Virus record (IMG/VR): IMGVR_UViG_3300014968_000002
Span: 673-64,672 of that record
Length of the DNA: 64,000 bases
DNA from: a virus
Lineage: Duplodnaviria; Caudoviricetes
Direction: 5' to 3' (one strand)
The position numbers and the translations under genes were made by a program. The notes under the pieces were generated by a model. The model did not search any database, was not told the origin of the DNA, and saw only the letters and a program-made list of their open reading frames with translations. Of the stretch, positions 16,549 to 25,906 are shown piece by piece (the stretch's first letter is position 1; every line of letters starts with the position of its first letter).

Positions 16549-17074
16549 AATCAACAAGGTCCGCGAGCAGCATGACAAGATAGGCCTGCCTACGCGGGAC
16601 AAAGCGCCGGCAGTCTTTCCTCCGGATGAGCGCCACGGCCGGGCACGCTCGGTCCGCATGGCAACTGACGGACTGATACGCCAGGGCATCAACAACCAGA
16701 ACATCATGGAAATTGCCGTCGGCGTGGCAGAGACCATGACCTCGGCTGCCGGCACCTGCATACAGTTCGGACTCGAGCCTGACCTGTCCGATGCCCTGGT
16801 CGCGGCGCGCGAGCTGATGGAGGACGCGCGCCTGGTGCTGGTCAATGGCCTTGCTGTCAGCGAGCATGCCCAGGTCCGCATCGGCGCATGCATGCTGGAG
16901 ATTGTCTGCGTGGGCATTGCGCAGTGCTTCGGCATTCCGTACAAGGCCATCTTCGACCTCGCGCATGCAGCTTATATGGAAGGCAAGGAGATAAGCCGCG
17001 AAGCCGTGCGCGTGGCCATAGAGGAGTCGCGGCAGAAGGTGCCTGCCGCAGCTAACGATGCAGGCGCGCCGTGA
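16538..17074 (+). CDS. Hypothetical protein, degenerate MazG/PRA-PH-like fold
   Basis: KVREQHDKIGLP start and FGIPYKAIFDLAHAAYM end echo gene 10741; acidic catalytic motif absent. Confidence 0.65.
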   Translation: MQYEINKVREQHDKIGLPTRDKAPAVFPPDERHGRARSVRMATDGLIRQGINNQNIMEIAVGVAETMTSAAGTCIQFGLEPDLSDALVAARELMEDARLVLVNGLAVSEHAQVRIGACMLEIVCVGIAQCFGIPYKAIFDLAHAAYMEGKEISREAVRVAIEESRQKVPAAANDAGAP

Positions 17075-17283
17075 GCCGCGGGGAGCTGAAATGGCTTGGC
17101 GCTGCGCTTCTTGCCGCGGCGCTGGGCGCAGGAATGCTGCTCGGCCGCGGCATGGGCCAGCTCAGCCGCGCGGTAGAAGTCGAGCAAGCGCTTAGAATAG
17201 GGAAGGCGCGGGCAGAAGCTGCGCACCGCGGCTGCTTCTTTGTGGTACCGAAGGGAAAGAGATGGGCGCTGGATCCAAGCTGA
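17071..17283 (+). CDS. Small protein with N-terminal hydrophobic helix
   Basis: GTGA overlap; WLGAALLAAALGAGMLLG. Confidence 0.55.
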   Translation: MSRGELKWLGAALLAAALGAGMLLGRGMGQLSRAVEVEQALRIGKARAEAAHRGCFFVVPKGKRWALDPS

Positions 17284-17585
17284 TGGACTTTACCCTGCTC
17301 ATGAGCATCCTCAGCCGTGCTCGCGTCAGGTGCATCAATGAGACGCAGAAGGATCCTGCTGCCTGGATCTTCACTCCGCCTGCCTGGACCATGGCAGTAA
17401 AGTCGGTGACTGAGTACGAGAGCAAGATGAAGAAGATCTTCTTCAGTGCGCCGCCTCTCGACAGCGGCATGAAAACAATGTACCTGCATCATATTGTCTG
17501 CTTGTGCATTGAAGGCGGCGCGCCGATCAAGATGCGGACACAGCTTGGCGATACAACCGTTGTTCTAGACGACTCGAAAAAATAG
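17262..17585 (+). CDS. Hypothetical protein
   Basis: Last gene of rightward block; start 17262 or 17282. Confidence 0.55.
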   Translation: MGAGSKLMDFTLLMSILSRARVRCINETQKDPAAWIFTPPAWTMAVKSVTEYESKMKKIFFSAPPLDSGMKTMYLHHIVCLCIEGGAPIKMRTQLGDTTVVLDDSKK

Positions 17586-17613
17586 GGCAGGGCCGTTTCC
17601 GGCTCTGCCCTTA
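17577..17613. terminator. Terminator between convergent blocks (U-tract on minus strand)
   Basis: A-run 17577-17582 then GGGCAGGGCC-gtttcc-GGCTCTGCCC hairpin. Confidence 0.7.
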
Positions 17614-17683
17614 AGGCGCATCCCAAAGGTAGGAGAAGTAGGACCCTCCAGGCGCGCACCTCGCCGCGAGGCAAGGATGCTTA

Positions 17684-18235
17684 TTAGTTTCCTGATACCG
17701 CCTGGATGGCTGCGCCTTGATTCTGCGCCAACTGCCTTGTGGTCTGGCCATGCTGCCATGCTGCCACGCCAGTGAAGGCCATGAGCATCAGCCATGCATT
17801 GGCAGGAACATCGGGCACCGGTACATGGGCAAGCGGCAAGCCGAAGTAAACGCATAGCACGGTAATGACCGAGAGCAGACACTCAATGCCATGGTGATTT
17901 CGCTGGAACCATCCTGATCCGCGCGCGTCTGCCTGGATCGTGGCATTGATGGTCTCGAGCTGTCGCTGCTCAGCATCGCGCGCCGACTTCTCAGCATCGA
18001 CCTGGATCTGGAGGATTGTTTCCTCGTGCTTCATCTCCAGCTCCTTGGCCTTGGCAAGCGCATCGGCATTCTGCGATAGCTGCGCCAGGATATCCTCAGG
18101 CTTCGCGCCTGGGTCGCCGGTGATCTTCGACGCCAGCAGTTGGCCCAAGGCCGCTCCGCCTGGAAGCGGGAGAGCGGCGCCGAGCAAAGGTAGGCCTATT
18201 CTTGCCAGCTCTTTTCCGAAGTCCATCAGATTCAT
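17684..18235 (-). CDS. Holin (DUF3154 / 3TM-holin-like)
   Basis: PLLGAALP.PGGAALG..LA..I N-terminus, coiled coil, SARDAE, two C-terminal TM segments; next to endolysin. Confidence 0.75.
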   Translation of the reverse strand: MNLMDFGKELARIGLPLLGAALPLPGGAALGQLLASKITGDPGAKPEDILAQLSQNADALAKAKELEMKHEETILQIQVDAEKSARDAEQRQLETINATIQADARGSGWFQRNHHGIECLLSVITVLCVYFGLPLAHVPVPDVPANAWLMLMAFTGVAAWQHGQTTRQLAQNQGAAIQAVSGN

Positions 18236-18669
18236 GCTACCACCTCCAGGTCAAAGAAGTCGCAGCCTTCTTGCGCCGCCATGAAGCGGTCGAAGGCCAC
18301 GCGCGTATTGGTGACGAGGTCGTGCACGCTGCCGCTGTCCTTCGGATCAGGTGCCTTGGCCAGCGCGTCGCCCGTGAGGATGCAGCCTTCGCTGTCGCGG
18401 TTCCAGTTGCCGTGATGGAAGAGGATGCCGCTGTGCCCGGGCACGCCTGTCACCTCGAATGTTTCGAACAGCTTTCCGTCATGCAGCGAGTGCTCGCCGC
18501 GTACGCAGCGATACACGCCTGGCTGCACCTTGGGCAGCCAGGCGAATTCAGGCAAGCCAGAAGGATAGGCATGCTCGAGAGTAGTGAGCAGCTTGCCGCC
18601 TTCCGGCGTGGTAACGTCGCTGATGATGCCGTCCTTTTCGTAGAGGCGGCGCTTGATCTTCAAGTTCAT
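18232..18669 (-). CDS. Putative endolysin, DUF5675 (L,D-transpeptidase-like)
   Basis: TLE...PGVY...VPGHSGILFHHGN...DSEGCILTG; AGGAG SD before ATG 18669. Confidence 0.8.
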   Translation of the reverse strand: MNLKIKRRLYEKDGIISDVTTPEGGKLLTTLEHAYPSGLPEFAWLPKVQPGVYRCVRGEHSLHDGKLFETFEVTGVPGHSGILFHHGNWNRDSEGCILTGDALAKAPDPKDSGSVHDLVTNTRVAFDRFMAAQEGCDFFDLEVVA

Positions 18670-18704
18670 TTGATTCTCCTGGTATAGTAATGGTTGAGGC
18701 CTGC

Positions 18705-19091
18705 TCAGTCTCCGCGTAAAAAGCCGGTGAGCTCTTTCCAAAACCCAGGCACTTGGCCATTGTGCGTGAGCATGTAGATGAGGACGCCTGCTCCTACAAT
18801 CGGCATCACCACCCATTTACCTATGAACGTGGCTGTCTTGCCCATCCATGCAAGAGTCCTGATAAATCCGCGCATGTTGGTAAGCCAATCAGCGAACCAC
18901 TTCATCAGCTCGTTGTTTTGAGCTGTCAAAGAATTATTCTGGGCAAGGCTGTCAGTAACTGCTGACAATTGGCCAGAGACAGCGGAAAGTTGATCGCCCA
19001 TTCTTTTGTGGCTTGCATTTAACTGAACTACCGTTCCATCGAGCTGTTGCATGCGAGCTTCCATTTGGTTGACCCTCTCTTCTAGTTCCAC
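18705..19091 (-). CDS. Coiled-coil protein with C-terminal membrane helix (lysis-associated)
   Basis: Heptad N-terminus then WVVMPIVGAGVLIYML; lysis-module position. Confidence 0.65.
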   Translation of the reverse strand: MELEERVNQMEARMQQLDGTVVQLNASHKRMGDQLSAVSGQLSAVTDSLAQNNSLTAQNNELMKWFADWLTNMRGFIRTLAWMGKTATFIGKWVVMPIVGAGVLIYMLTHNGQVPGFWKELTGFLRGD

Positions 19092-19112
19092 TTTACAACC
19101 CTCCCTGCAATT

Positions 19113-19331
19113 TCAAAAGTTCACGGTTCCTATCAGAGCCTGCACCTCCGATTTTTCGGAGTCAGTCATTTGCCTGCGTCCGTAGCCTATGCCGATAAAT
19201 TTATCTCCGTCGTCATCGTACCAGAACATGTCGCACTCAAAGCTAGTGGCCAGAGGCTGCTCGAATGATCCGCTGCGGTGGCCATTGTCGCAGAAGCCGC
19301 AGTGGTCTGAGGTGTGATAAGTCAACTTCAT
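19113..19331 (-). CDS. Hypothetical protein (tail fibre assembly-like)
   Basis: AGGAG SD; ATGA overlap; follows tail fibre genes. Confidence 0.6.
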   Translation of the reverse strand: MKLTYHTSDHCGFCDNGHRSGSFEQPLATSFECDMFWYDDDGDKFIGIGYGRRQMTDSEKSEVQALIGTVNF

Positions 19332-19681
19332 TGCTCTTCTCCTAGGTTGGTCGTCATGCGTATGCTGAGCATGATCGCCGTGCTGCCGTCGAATACTTCT
19401 CTCGCTGGGACCCAGCGCAGGTAATCTTCTTTGTCGACGCCGAATCCTTTGGCCCCTGCATAGAAGCCCCAGCGTCCGATGCGGATGCTGATGAATGGCA
19501 GCGGCAGGCGCGTATATCCGCGGTAGTACTCGCGCCATGGCGGAGAGTTGGAGAACCATCCGTCCGCTGACCAGTAGTCGAGCGGCTGCAGGATATCGCC
19601 TCTCCTCCATGAGAACGATATACCGCTGCTTTCGCGGAACGGCTTGGTGATGGGCAGCGCGCCCGTGCTAGTTGCTTTCAT
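19328..19681 (-). CDS. Hypothetical protein
   Basis: ATGA overlap with tail fibre stop. Confidence 0.6.
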   Translation of the reverse strand: MKATSTGALPITKPFRESSGISFSWRRGDILQPLDYWSADGWFSNSPPWREYYRGYTRLPLPFISIRIGRWGFYAGAKGFGVDKEDYLRWVPAREVFDGSTAIMLSIRMTTNLGEEQ

Positions 19682-21030
19682 CGCGTGTACTGGCGTCCGC
19701 GAAGGTAGTACAGGCGAGGACCGCCGCCGGCCGAGGTCTCTGTGTAAGCGCAAAGTCCCATTGCCGCGGTCGGCATATTAGTGGATGAATTGAAGCTACC
19801 GACATTGCTGCCGTCGATAAAGAAGTCAGCCTGCTGACCGCTTGCCGAAATAACTATCTTGAACACATGGTCAGTCGTTGTTGAGATAGCAATGCCTGTA
19901 TCATTGGAATACTTGTCGGCATTGCCCTTGCGAACTACAGCAAAATAGTTTCCTGAGTTGCCCCAGCGGAAGCCTACTCCATCGTTAGGGTCTGAGGCAA
20001 AGTGAACTCCTTCAGCCAGGCCTACCCAGCGCGAGGATGTGCCGCCGGATATGGTGCGGCCTTTGAAGGCGACAATAGGATTCTTGGACATGGTGAACGG
20101 CGTGGCAAGCGTGGTGCTGCCGGCTGATACCGCTGTTCCTAACCATGCCGAGTTGGTGCCATCCGACTGAATCTGTATGGTGCCGTCAGACTGGTAGTTG
20201 ATCGAGCCTGAAGTACCGGGCGTGCCGCCGAGCTGGAACGGCATTGCGCCGGACAACTGAAAGTCGTGGCCGATATCAATGGCATCGAAATCGTCATAGA
20301 AGCTGGTAGCACCTGAGCCTGATTGGTAAATGCCTAGCTGCGAGTCGCTGGCTGCTCCGCCACCTGCAAGGTTGGTCGCAGTGGTCGCAGTGGTCGCGCT
20401 GCCGACGGCAAGGGCGCTCTGCGCAGTCCAGCCAGGCGCAGCCGTGCCGCCGCCTGATGTGAGGACATTGCCTGAGGAGCCATTGGCCAGCTTCGCAGTG
20501 GTATTGGCTGCCGACTGATAGAGCACCTGCCCGCCAGAGCCGCTTGCCACGTTGGTCGCAAGTGCAGCCGTGCCGCTTATGCTGATGCCCCATGTACCGC
20601 TCGCGCCAGTGCCGGTCAGCGGAGCATACGTGGCGGCAGCATGCGCTGAGGTCTCGGCATCTGTTATGCCATAGCCTGAGAGAAGAGTCGGCGTGCCGGT
20701 GATCTTGCTCCAGGCAAGCGAGGTGATCCAGCCTGGATTGGCGTAGCTCCCTGTGGTGACAACGCCATTGGTTACTGTGGCAGCATTGCCGGTAATGTCA
20801 TAGGCAAGGCTGGTCGTATCCTTTGCCCATGTGCTGCCGTTATAGATTTCGTTGTACTTGTTAGCGCTGTTCCAGCGGCGGGCATTGGTGAACATGCCTG
20901 CAGGCGTGCCGCCGCCGTCGATGGTTGCAGGATCTAGACCCTGAACCAGTGCCTTGTAGTTGGCGATAATCTCGGACGACCAATTGGTGTAGGTGTCGCC
21001 CAGTACCGGTTTCGTGTAGTCGGCTGCCAT
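19678..21030 (-). CDS. Tail fibre / receptor-binding protein
   Basis: Gly/Ser/Thr-rich; WSKITGTPTLLSGYGITDA and GTWGISISG fibre motifs; C-terminal lectin-like beta domain. Confidence 0.85.
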   Translation of the reverse strand: MAADYTKPVLGDTYTNWSSEIIANYKALVQGLDPATIDGGGTPAGMFTNARRWNSANKYNEIYNGSTWAKDTTSLAYDITGNAATVTNGVVTTGSYANPGWITSLAWSKITGTPTLLSGYGITDAETSAHAAATYAPLTGTGASGTWGISISGTAALATNVASGSGGQVLYQSAANTTAKLANGSSGNVLTSGGGTAAPGWTAQSALAVGSATTATTATNLAGGGAASDSQLGIYQSGSGATSFYDDFDAIDIGHDFQLSGAMPFQLGGTPGTSGSINYQSDGTIQIQSDGTNSAWLGTAVSAGSTTLATPFTMSKNPIVAFKGRTISGGTSSRWVGLAEGVHFASDPNDGVGFRWGNSGNYFAVVRKGNADKYSNDTGIAISTTTDHVFKIVISASGQQADFFIDGSNVGSFNSSTNMPTAAMGLCAYTETSAGGGPRLYYLRGRQYTR

Positions 21031-21039
21031 GTCTGCTCC

Positions 21040-24000
21040 TTAGAATCCGCTCGCCTGCCACGCCACCGTGGCGCTCACGCGCGTGCCGCTGCTGTTATAG
21101 ACAAGTATCTTGAATGTGGTTGGATTAGCCGTCGATGGATCGAATGAAGTGACAGCCGTATAGTTGTTCGTGTTGTTGATGACCGTCAAGGTGATGCTGT
21201 TGACGGAGAAGAAAGGCAGATTGAAAGTGGCAGTGGTGCCGCCGACGTCGGTCGACACGCAAGCCTGGTTGCCTGCATCCTTCTGCTGCTGGATGGCAAT
21301 CTTGGTAATGATGCTCGAGATTGTTGAGAGGTCGCCTGTTCCGCCCGATGCAGTGACGCGGAATTTTATATACCTGAAGTTGGTCGCAAAAATCTGCGTA
21401 ACATTGGTGTTATTTGTATAGGTAATATTGTCAAGAGACGTTGCGATATCAACCTGGATCGTCGGGCTGCCTGCGACGACTTGCGTCGTTGGAGTAACAT
21501 TGATCTGCACTCCGCTCGTCACATTGGAGCCGGTATCGATTACTTCCTCATAATAGCCGGGCGAGAGCGCAGGCTCGATATAGATCGTATTGCCAGAGTT
21601 TACCTGATCCTGCGGAGTAGACCAACCATGGTTTACAAAGTGCTGCTGGAAAGTCTCAGTCGTGTTAACCGGCAGGATGAGCGTGCCATCTGCCTGCTTG
21701 AAGCAATTGCTCAGCGTGCCGCTGAATATGCTAGTGTACTGGTTCTTGAAGACAAAACCTGCCGGCCCTGCAACCTGAATGGTGACGCTTGCCGGCGTAC
21801 CGTAGTTTCCATTTGCATCGACAGCAGTGACCCAATAAGTATAGCTGCCTGCTGACTGCTCGGTATACGAAGTGAAGAGGCCGGTCTTTGTTCCTATCAG
21901 AGTTGATGCGCCATAAGTCGCGCCCTTGCGAACCTCGTACGTCAGGATAGGCAGCGCCGATGCAGGCTGCGTCCAGAACAGCAGCACTGTATTGACCAAG
22001 GCCTGATAGGTAACGCTTGGCGCGGCAGGCGCGGTAATGTTGACCGAGGCTGATCCTGCAGTGCTGGCATTGCCGGCTACGTCAATAGCTGCAACCCAAT
22101 AAGTGCGGCTGCCCAGATAATTGGCAGTGGTTGCAAAGCTTAGGCCTGAGCTGGTGCCAAGCACCGTTCCGCCTGCGAAGTTTGCGCCATAACGAATCTC
22201 GTAATGGTCGACTGGGAACATGCTGGTCACGGCTGGCCAGGTAATGCTGATCTGCCCTGCAGTGATTACAGCCGTTGCCGAAGGCTGGTTGGGCGCAGTA
22301 GCAACAAAGGTTGTTGAGACCGGCGTCAGCGAGTACTTGAATGAAGTGTCGCGCGCTGCAATCCAATAAGTATAGCTGCCTGCTGCCAGAGGCGGGATGC
22401 GGAACTGCGTTCCTTGTATGCGGCCGACAAGCGTGCCTGCCGCCCAGCTCGCGCCGACGCGTATCTCGTAATCCATTGCATTTGGATTAGCGACGCTGTT
22501 CCAGGTCAGCAGCGGACCGAGCACGTCGACTGCAGTGGTGAAGCCTGCCACGTTGTCAGGCGCGCCAAGCGGGCCGCCGATGACATAGGTGTACGCAGGC
22601 ACGCTGGCAACCGACTCGATCGCGCCGCCATAGATATTGAAGCTGGTGAACTTCAGATAAATGGTCTTGCCTACCCAGTTGGAAGGATAGGATGACTTGA
22701 CTATCTGGTCATCGATGCGGATGATAGGCGCGCCATTGATATGCGAGCTGATCGCAGTATTGAAGATGCCACGGCGGATATATGTTCCTAGGTTATACTT
22801 GTATTGCGAAGTCAGCGTGGCAGCCGAGTAAGACATGACCTCGCCGTCAACCATGATAAGCGTATTGTGGTTGTCTGCATCGGTCGATGTTCCTGCGATG
22901 AGCGAGCCGCGGCTCTGTGTCAGGTCGACAGCCAAAGTGTGCGTTGTGTCAGGATCGCTGCCGCTGGCAAACGAAGAAGTCAGCGAGCCATAACGCGAAG
23001 CGCCGTAGATAGTTCCTTGCAGAGCATAGCTGCTGCCGTCGGTGCTGGCCCAGACTTCGCACCCGCCCCATGTCGGGCTTGACGATCCTACGCCTGCCCA
23101 GACTTCAAAGCCGCCGGTGGTGAGGACGCCAGGCGCATCGAAGATGAGCGGGGTATTGATAGAGCCAGGCGCGACATTGTAGTTGGGAATATTGCCGCTC
23201 GAAGCTTGCGCGCCGTATTGCGCCGGCTGCGCCGGTCCAATAGGAACTTCCTCGGCATCGATGGTGAGCACGCCGTCTTTGTCCTCGCCATCGTCGATCT
23301 GGGTTATACGCGCTAGAACATTCGAGAGTCCTGCTTGAGTATCAGTAAGCGACACATAGTCGCCATGTTCAAGCAAGCAGAACGTTACCGGCAGGCTGAA
23401 CTGGAAAGTCCTGCGGACATAAAGCTGCTTGCGCCCGATGAGCTGGGCAGCAATGATTGCTATGGCCTGCGAGGTGTACTCGTGACCAGGCACTGAATTG
23501 GGAGAATTGATGAGGCCGAACTGGTCGATCGCTGCCTGGTCTTTCCATTCGACCGAGGCCACGTTGTAATCATTGCTCCGATCAACGCACTCAAGCGTCA
23601 TCCTGTTATATGCATCAGTCGGATCGCTGCGCTTGATTTTTACAGGCGGCTGCCCTTTCTTCTTGACGTAGTAGGAATCATCGGTAAGCGCATAGACCGG
23701 CGCAAGATTGGGAGTAAAGGTAACGCCGTTTCCCGTCGCTGTTTGCGTGCCGTAAGGCAGCACAGTCCACTTGCCAGGCGCGCGCCAAGCCATGGTGCTG
23801 TTGGTCAGTGCTGTCCACCTGTCTAGGATGGAGTTGGCAGCTTCTTGCGAATCGAGCACCGGGCTGAAGAAAAGGCCATTGGCCACGCAGTATTTGCTGT
23901 AGCTGTTGTTGGCCGTATACAGGTCATCCACATAGGACGACGACAGGCCGCAGGCATACTTGGAGTTGGTAAGGAAATCAACGATCACGTCTGCCGGATT

Positions 24001-24570
24001 GGCATCGACGATCCCGCCTCCGTACTGCAGGAACCCATTTATTTCCCAGCTGTATTGGGGCAGAGCAGGCGAGACTCCAAGCGGGAAAGCGGCAACAGAT
24101 GCATAGGCAAGGCCATTGTAATTGAGCGCAGCCGAAGGAAAGTTGGATGACCAGTAAGACCAAGGCGTCTGCGGATAGGTGCCGGTAAACGTGTTCATGC
24201 TAGCCGCGGCAGCCGTGGCGAACACGGATGAGTTGCCCCATACCTTGCCGACGCTGGCAATCGGCCCCTCGCACAAAGCGATAGCGAAGCTGGCTGAGTA
24301 AGTGACAGTCTGCGAACCTCCGCCCCCGCCCTTGCCTCCGCCTCCGCCTAGTGAGCCTTTGCCGCCGCCGCCGCCCTTGCCGCCTCCTCCGCCCGCCTGC
24401 GAGACGATGGCCTGGAATGCGCCGTACCAAAGCAGGTTGCCGCCGACGCGGTTAGCTCCCCATACAATTGGAATAGGCTTCGACTGGACGCTTGTCTGTA
24501 TGCGCAGGCCTTGCGCTATTTGCGGCTGCTCTGCCTGCGGCTGCTTGCCCGATCCGGTAAGAAAGCTCAC
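21040..24570 (-). CDS. Central tail tip / host-specificity protein (gpJ-like, FN3 repeats)
   Basis: PIPIVWG..RVGGNLLW, SFAIALCEGPI, ANPADVI.D.LT, DAYN, YEIR.G and YWVAA.D..GN FN3 repeats; GTG start overlapping upstream TGA. Confidence 0.9.
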   Translation of the reverse strand: MSFLTGSGKQPQAEQPQIAQGLRIQTSVQSKPIPIVWGANRVGGNLLWYGAFQAIVSQAGGGGGKGGGGGKGSLGGGGGKGGGGGSQTVTYSASFAIALCEGPIASVGKVWGNSSVFATAAAASMNTFTGTYPQTPWSYWSSNFPSAALNYNGLAYASVAAFPLGVSPALPQYSWEINGFLQYGGGIVDANPADVIVDFLTNSKYACGLSSSYVDDLYTANNSYSKYCVANGLFFSPVLDSQEAANSILDRWTALTNSTMAWRAPGKWTVLPYGTQTATGNGVTFTPNLAPVYALTDDSYYVKKKGQPPVKIKRSDPTDAYNRMTLECVDRSNDYNVASVEWKDQAAIDQFGLINSPNSVPGHEYTSQAIAIIAAQLIGRKQLYVRRTFQFSLPVTFCLLEHGDYVSLTDTQAGLSNVLARITQIDDGEDKDGVLTIDAEEVPIGPAQPAQYGAQASSGNIPNYNVAPGSINTPLIFDAPGVLTTGGFEVWAGVGSSSPTWGGCEVWASTDGSSYALQGTIYGASRYGSLTSSFASGSDPDTTHTLAVDLTQSRGSLIAGTSTDADNHNTLIMVDGEVMSYSAATLTSQYKYNLGTYIRRGIFNTAISSHINGAPIIRIDDQIVKSSYPSNWVGKTIYLKFTSFNIYGGAIESVASVPAYTYVIGGPLGAPDNVAGFTTAVDVLGPLLTWNSVANPNAMDYEIRVGASWAAGTLVGRIQGTQFRIPPLAAGSYTYWIAARDTSFKYSLTPVSTTFVATAPNQPSATAVITAGQISITWPAVTSMFPVDHYEIRYGANFAGGTVLGTSSGLSFATTANYLGSRTYWVAAIDVAGNASTAGSASVNITAPAAPSVTYQALVNTVLLFWTQPASALPILTYEVRKGATYGASTLIGTKTGLFTSYTEQSAGSYTYWVTAVDANGNYGTPASVTIQVAGPAGFVFKNQYTSIFSGTLSNCFKQADGTLILPVNTTETFQQHFVNHGWSTPQDQVNSGNTIYIEPALSPGYYEEVIDTGSNVTSGVQINVTPTTQVVAGSPTIQVDIATSLDNITYTNNTNVTQIFATNFRYIKFRVTASGGTGDLSTISSIITKIAIQQQKDAGNQACVSTDVGGTTATFNLPFFSVNSITLTVINNTNNYTAVTSFDPSTANPTTFKILVYNSSGTRVSATVAWQASGF

Positions 24571-25037
24571 TTGCGCTCTCCCCACAGAGAGAACAGCTTG
24601 CGCTCGCGAAGCTCGCCGCTATTGTGCTGGAACACCACGTCGCGGTTGGCATCGACATACTGGACATCCTGCCGCAGGACCGCATGCACGCAAAGCGGCC
24701 AGGCAACGACAATAGCGCCATGGCTGAAGGCACGCCCAAACTTCACCACCAGCACGTCGCCAGGCTGCGGATTGTCAAGCGGCACCTCGCAGGCATACTC
24801 GGAAAGTTTGGTAACATAGCGCTCTATGTCGCGATGCATATGCCAGTCTGGAGGATAGAAGTCAATATCGACGCTGCCCACCATGCCCGCTTCGCGGTAT
24901 ACCTCGCATAGAAGAGTAGCGCAATCGACGCCGCCTTGCTGTCCTTTAACGCGGGCTGCATGATGGTACGGCGTGCCCAGCCACTCGCGGGCAATGGCCG
25001 CGACGCGCTCGCGAAGCTCTTTCTCCTTGGCGTCCAT
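24567..25037 (-). CDS. NlpC/P60 tail-associated peptidase
   Basis: AREWLGTPYHH, GVDCA, PGDVL, SHGAIV. Confidence 0.9.
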   Translation of the reverse strand: MDAKEKELRERVAAIAREWLGTPYHHAARVKGQQGGVDCATLLCEVYREAGMVGSVDIDFYPPDWHMHRDIERYVTKLSEYACEVPLDNPQPGDVLVVKFGRAFSHGAIVVAWPLCVHAVLRQDVQYVDANRDVVFQHNSGELRERKLFSLWGERK

Positions 25038-25906
25038 TAGAATGCTGTCTCCGCAACGGGGATAAACGGATGCCCCTTGAAATTTGCCTGATTGGCGAAC
25101 TTGCCTAGGCAGTCGCCAGTGAATAGCTTATTGCAGCCTGGGTAGATGTTGAATGTGTCGCCTGCTGCCGGCGCATAAGAGAACGGATAAGCGACAGAGA
25201 CCTGACCGCTTGCGAGCAAGTAGCTGTCGACAGCTCGCGATGCTCCTGAGTTCTGTCCGCTGGTGAACTTGATGACGCCGAGATTGAAGTAAGAATCGGC
25301 TTGTACCAGGTTTGTTCCAAAGGTGCTGGCGCTGCCGCCTGCCAGCGCTGCGCCTGCAACTGTCTTGGCTGCCTTGTTGACGGTGCAGGCAGAGTCATAC
25401 AGCGTATTGATGCAAGTGACCTGGAACAAATTCTTCGGGTACTGCTGGTTAAGCAGGATGGCTGGGCTGTTGAGCGTGATAGTTGCCGACATGCGGTCCA
25501 TGTCGACTGCGCCGCAGAGGCCGAAGAAGTGGTAGATCTTCCCGCGCGAGGTGTCTGCCCAGTTGTCGGTTATGAAGCGCTCGATGAGCATAGTAGCTCC
25601 ATCGAGCGCGCCATTGGAAGCTGCCTGCAGCCAGGCAAGCGATGCAAGCTGGTCGGCGCTGCGGGGAGTAATTGTGACTTGCAAGGAGCTGGCTTCGGTG
25701 CCTAGCTTGTAGCTGGTAGAGCCGCGCTTGAACAGCGGCCCTTGCGCCCAGGTCACGCCAGATATGGTGATATCGCGGTCGGCACTGGTATAGCGAAGCA
25801 CCGTGCTATCGGCAAGCGTTAGCGTATACAGGTCAGCCTGCAGAAGCTTCTGCGCTGCTCCAGTACTCGTGAGCAGCGTTATCATCCCTGCGCTGGCGGG
25901 CTTCAA
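25037..25906 (-). CDS. Minor tail / hub protein (DUF2163-BR0599, GTA-like)
   Basis: LRYTSADRDI, GALDGA, C.N.LYD..C, GDTF.IYPGC.K...C..KF.N..NF.G.PFIP; TTG start with AGGAG SD. Confidence 0.88.
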   Translation of the reverse strand: MKPASAGMITLLTSTGAAQKLLQADLYTLTLADSTVLRYTSADRDITISGVTWAQGPLFKRGSTSYKLGTEASSLQVTITPRSADQLASLAWLQAASNGALDGATMLIERFITDNWADTSRGKIYHFFGLCGAVDMDRMSATITLNSPAILLNQQYPKNLFQVTCINTLYDSACTVNKAAKTVAGAALAGGSASTFGTNLVQADSYFNLGVIKFTSGQNSGASRAVDSYLLASGQVSVAYPFSYAPAAGDTFNIYPGCNKLFTGDCLGKFANQANFKGHPFIPVAETAF

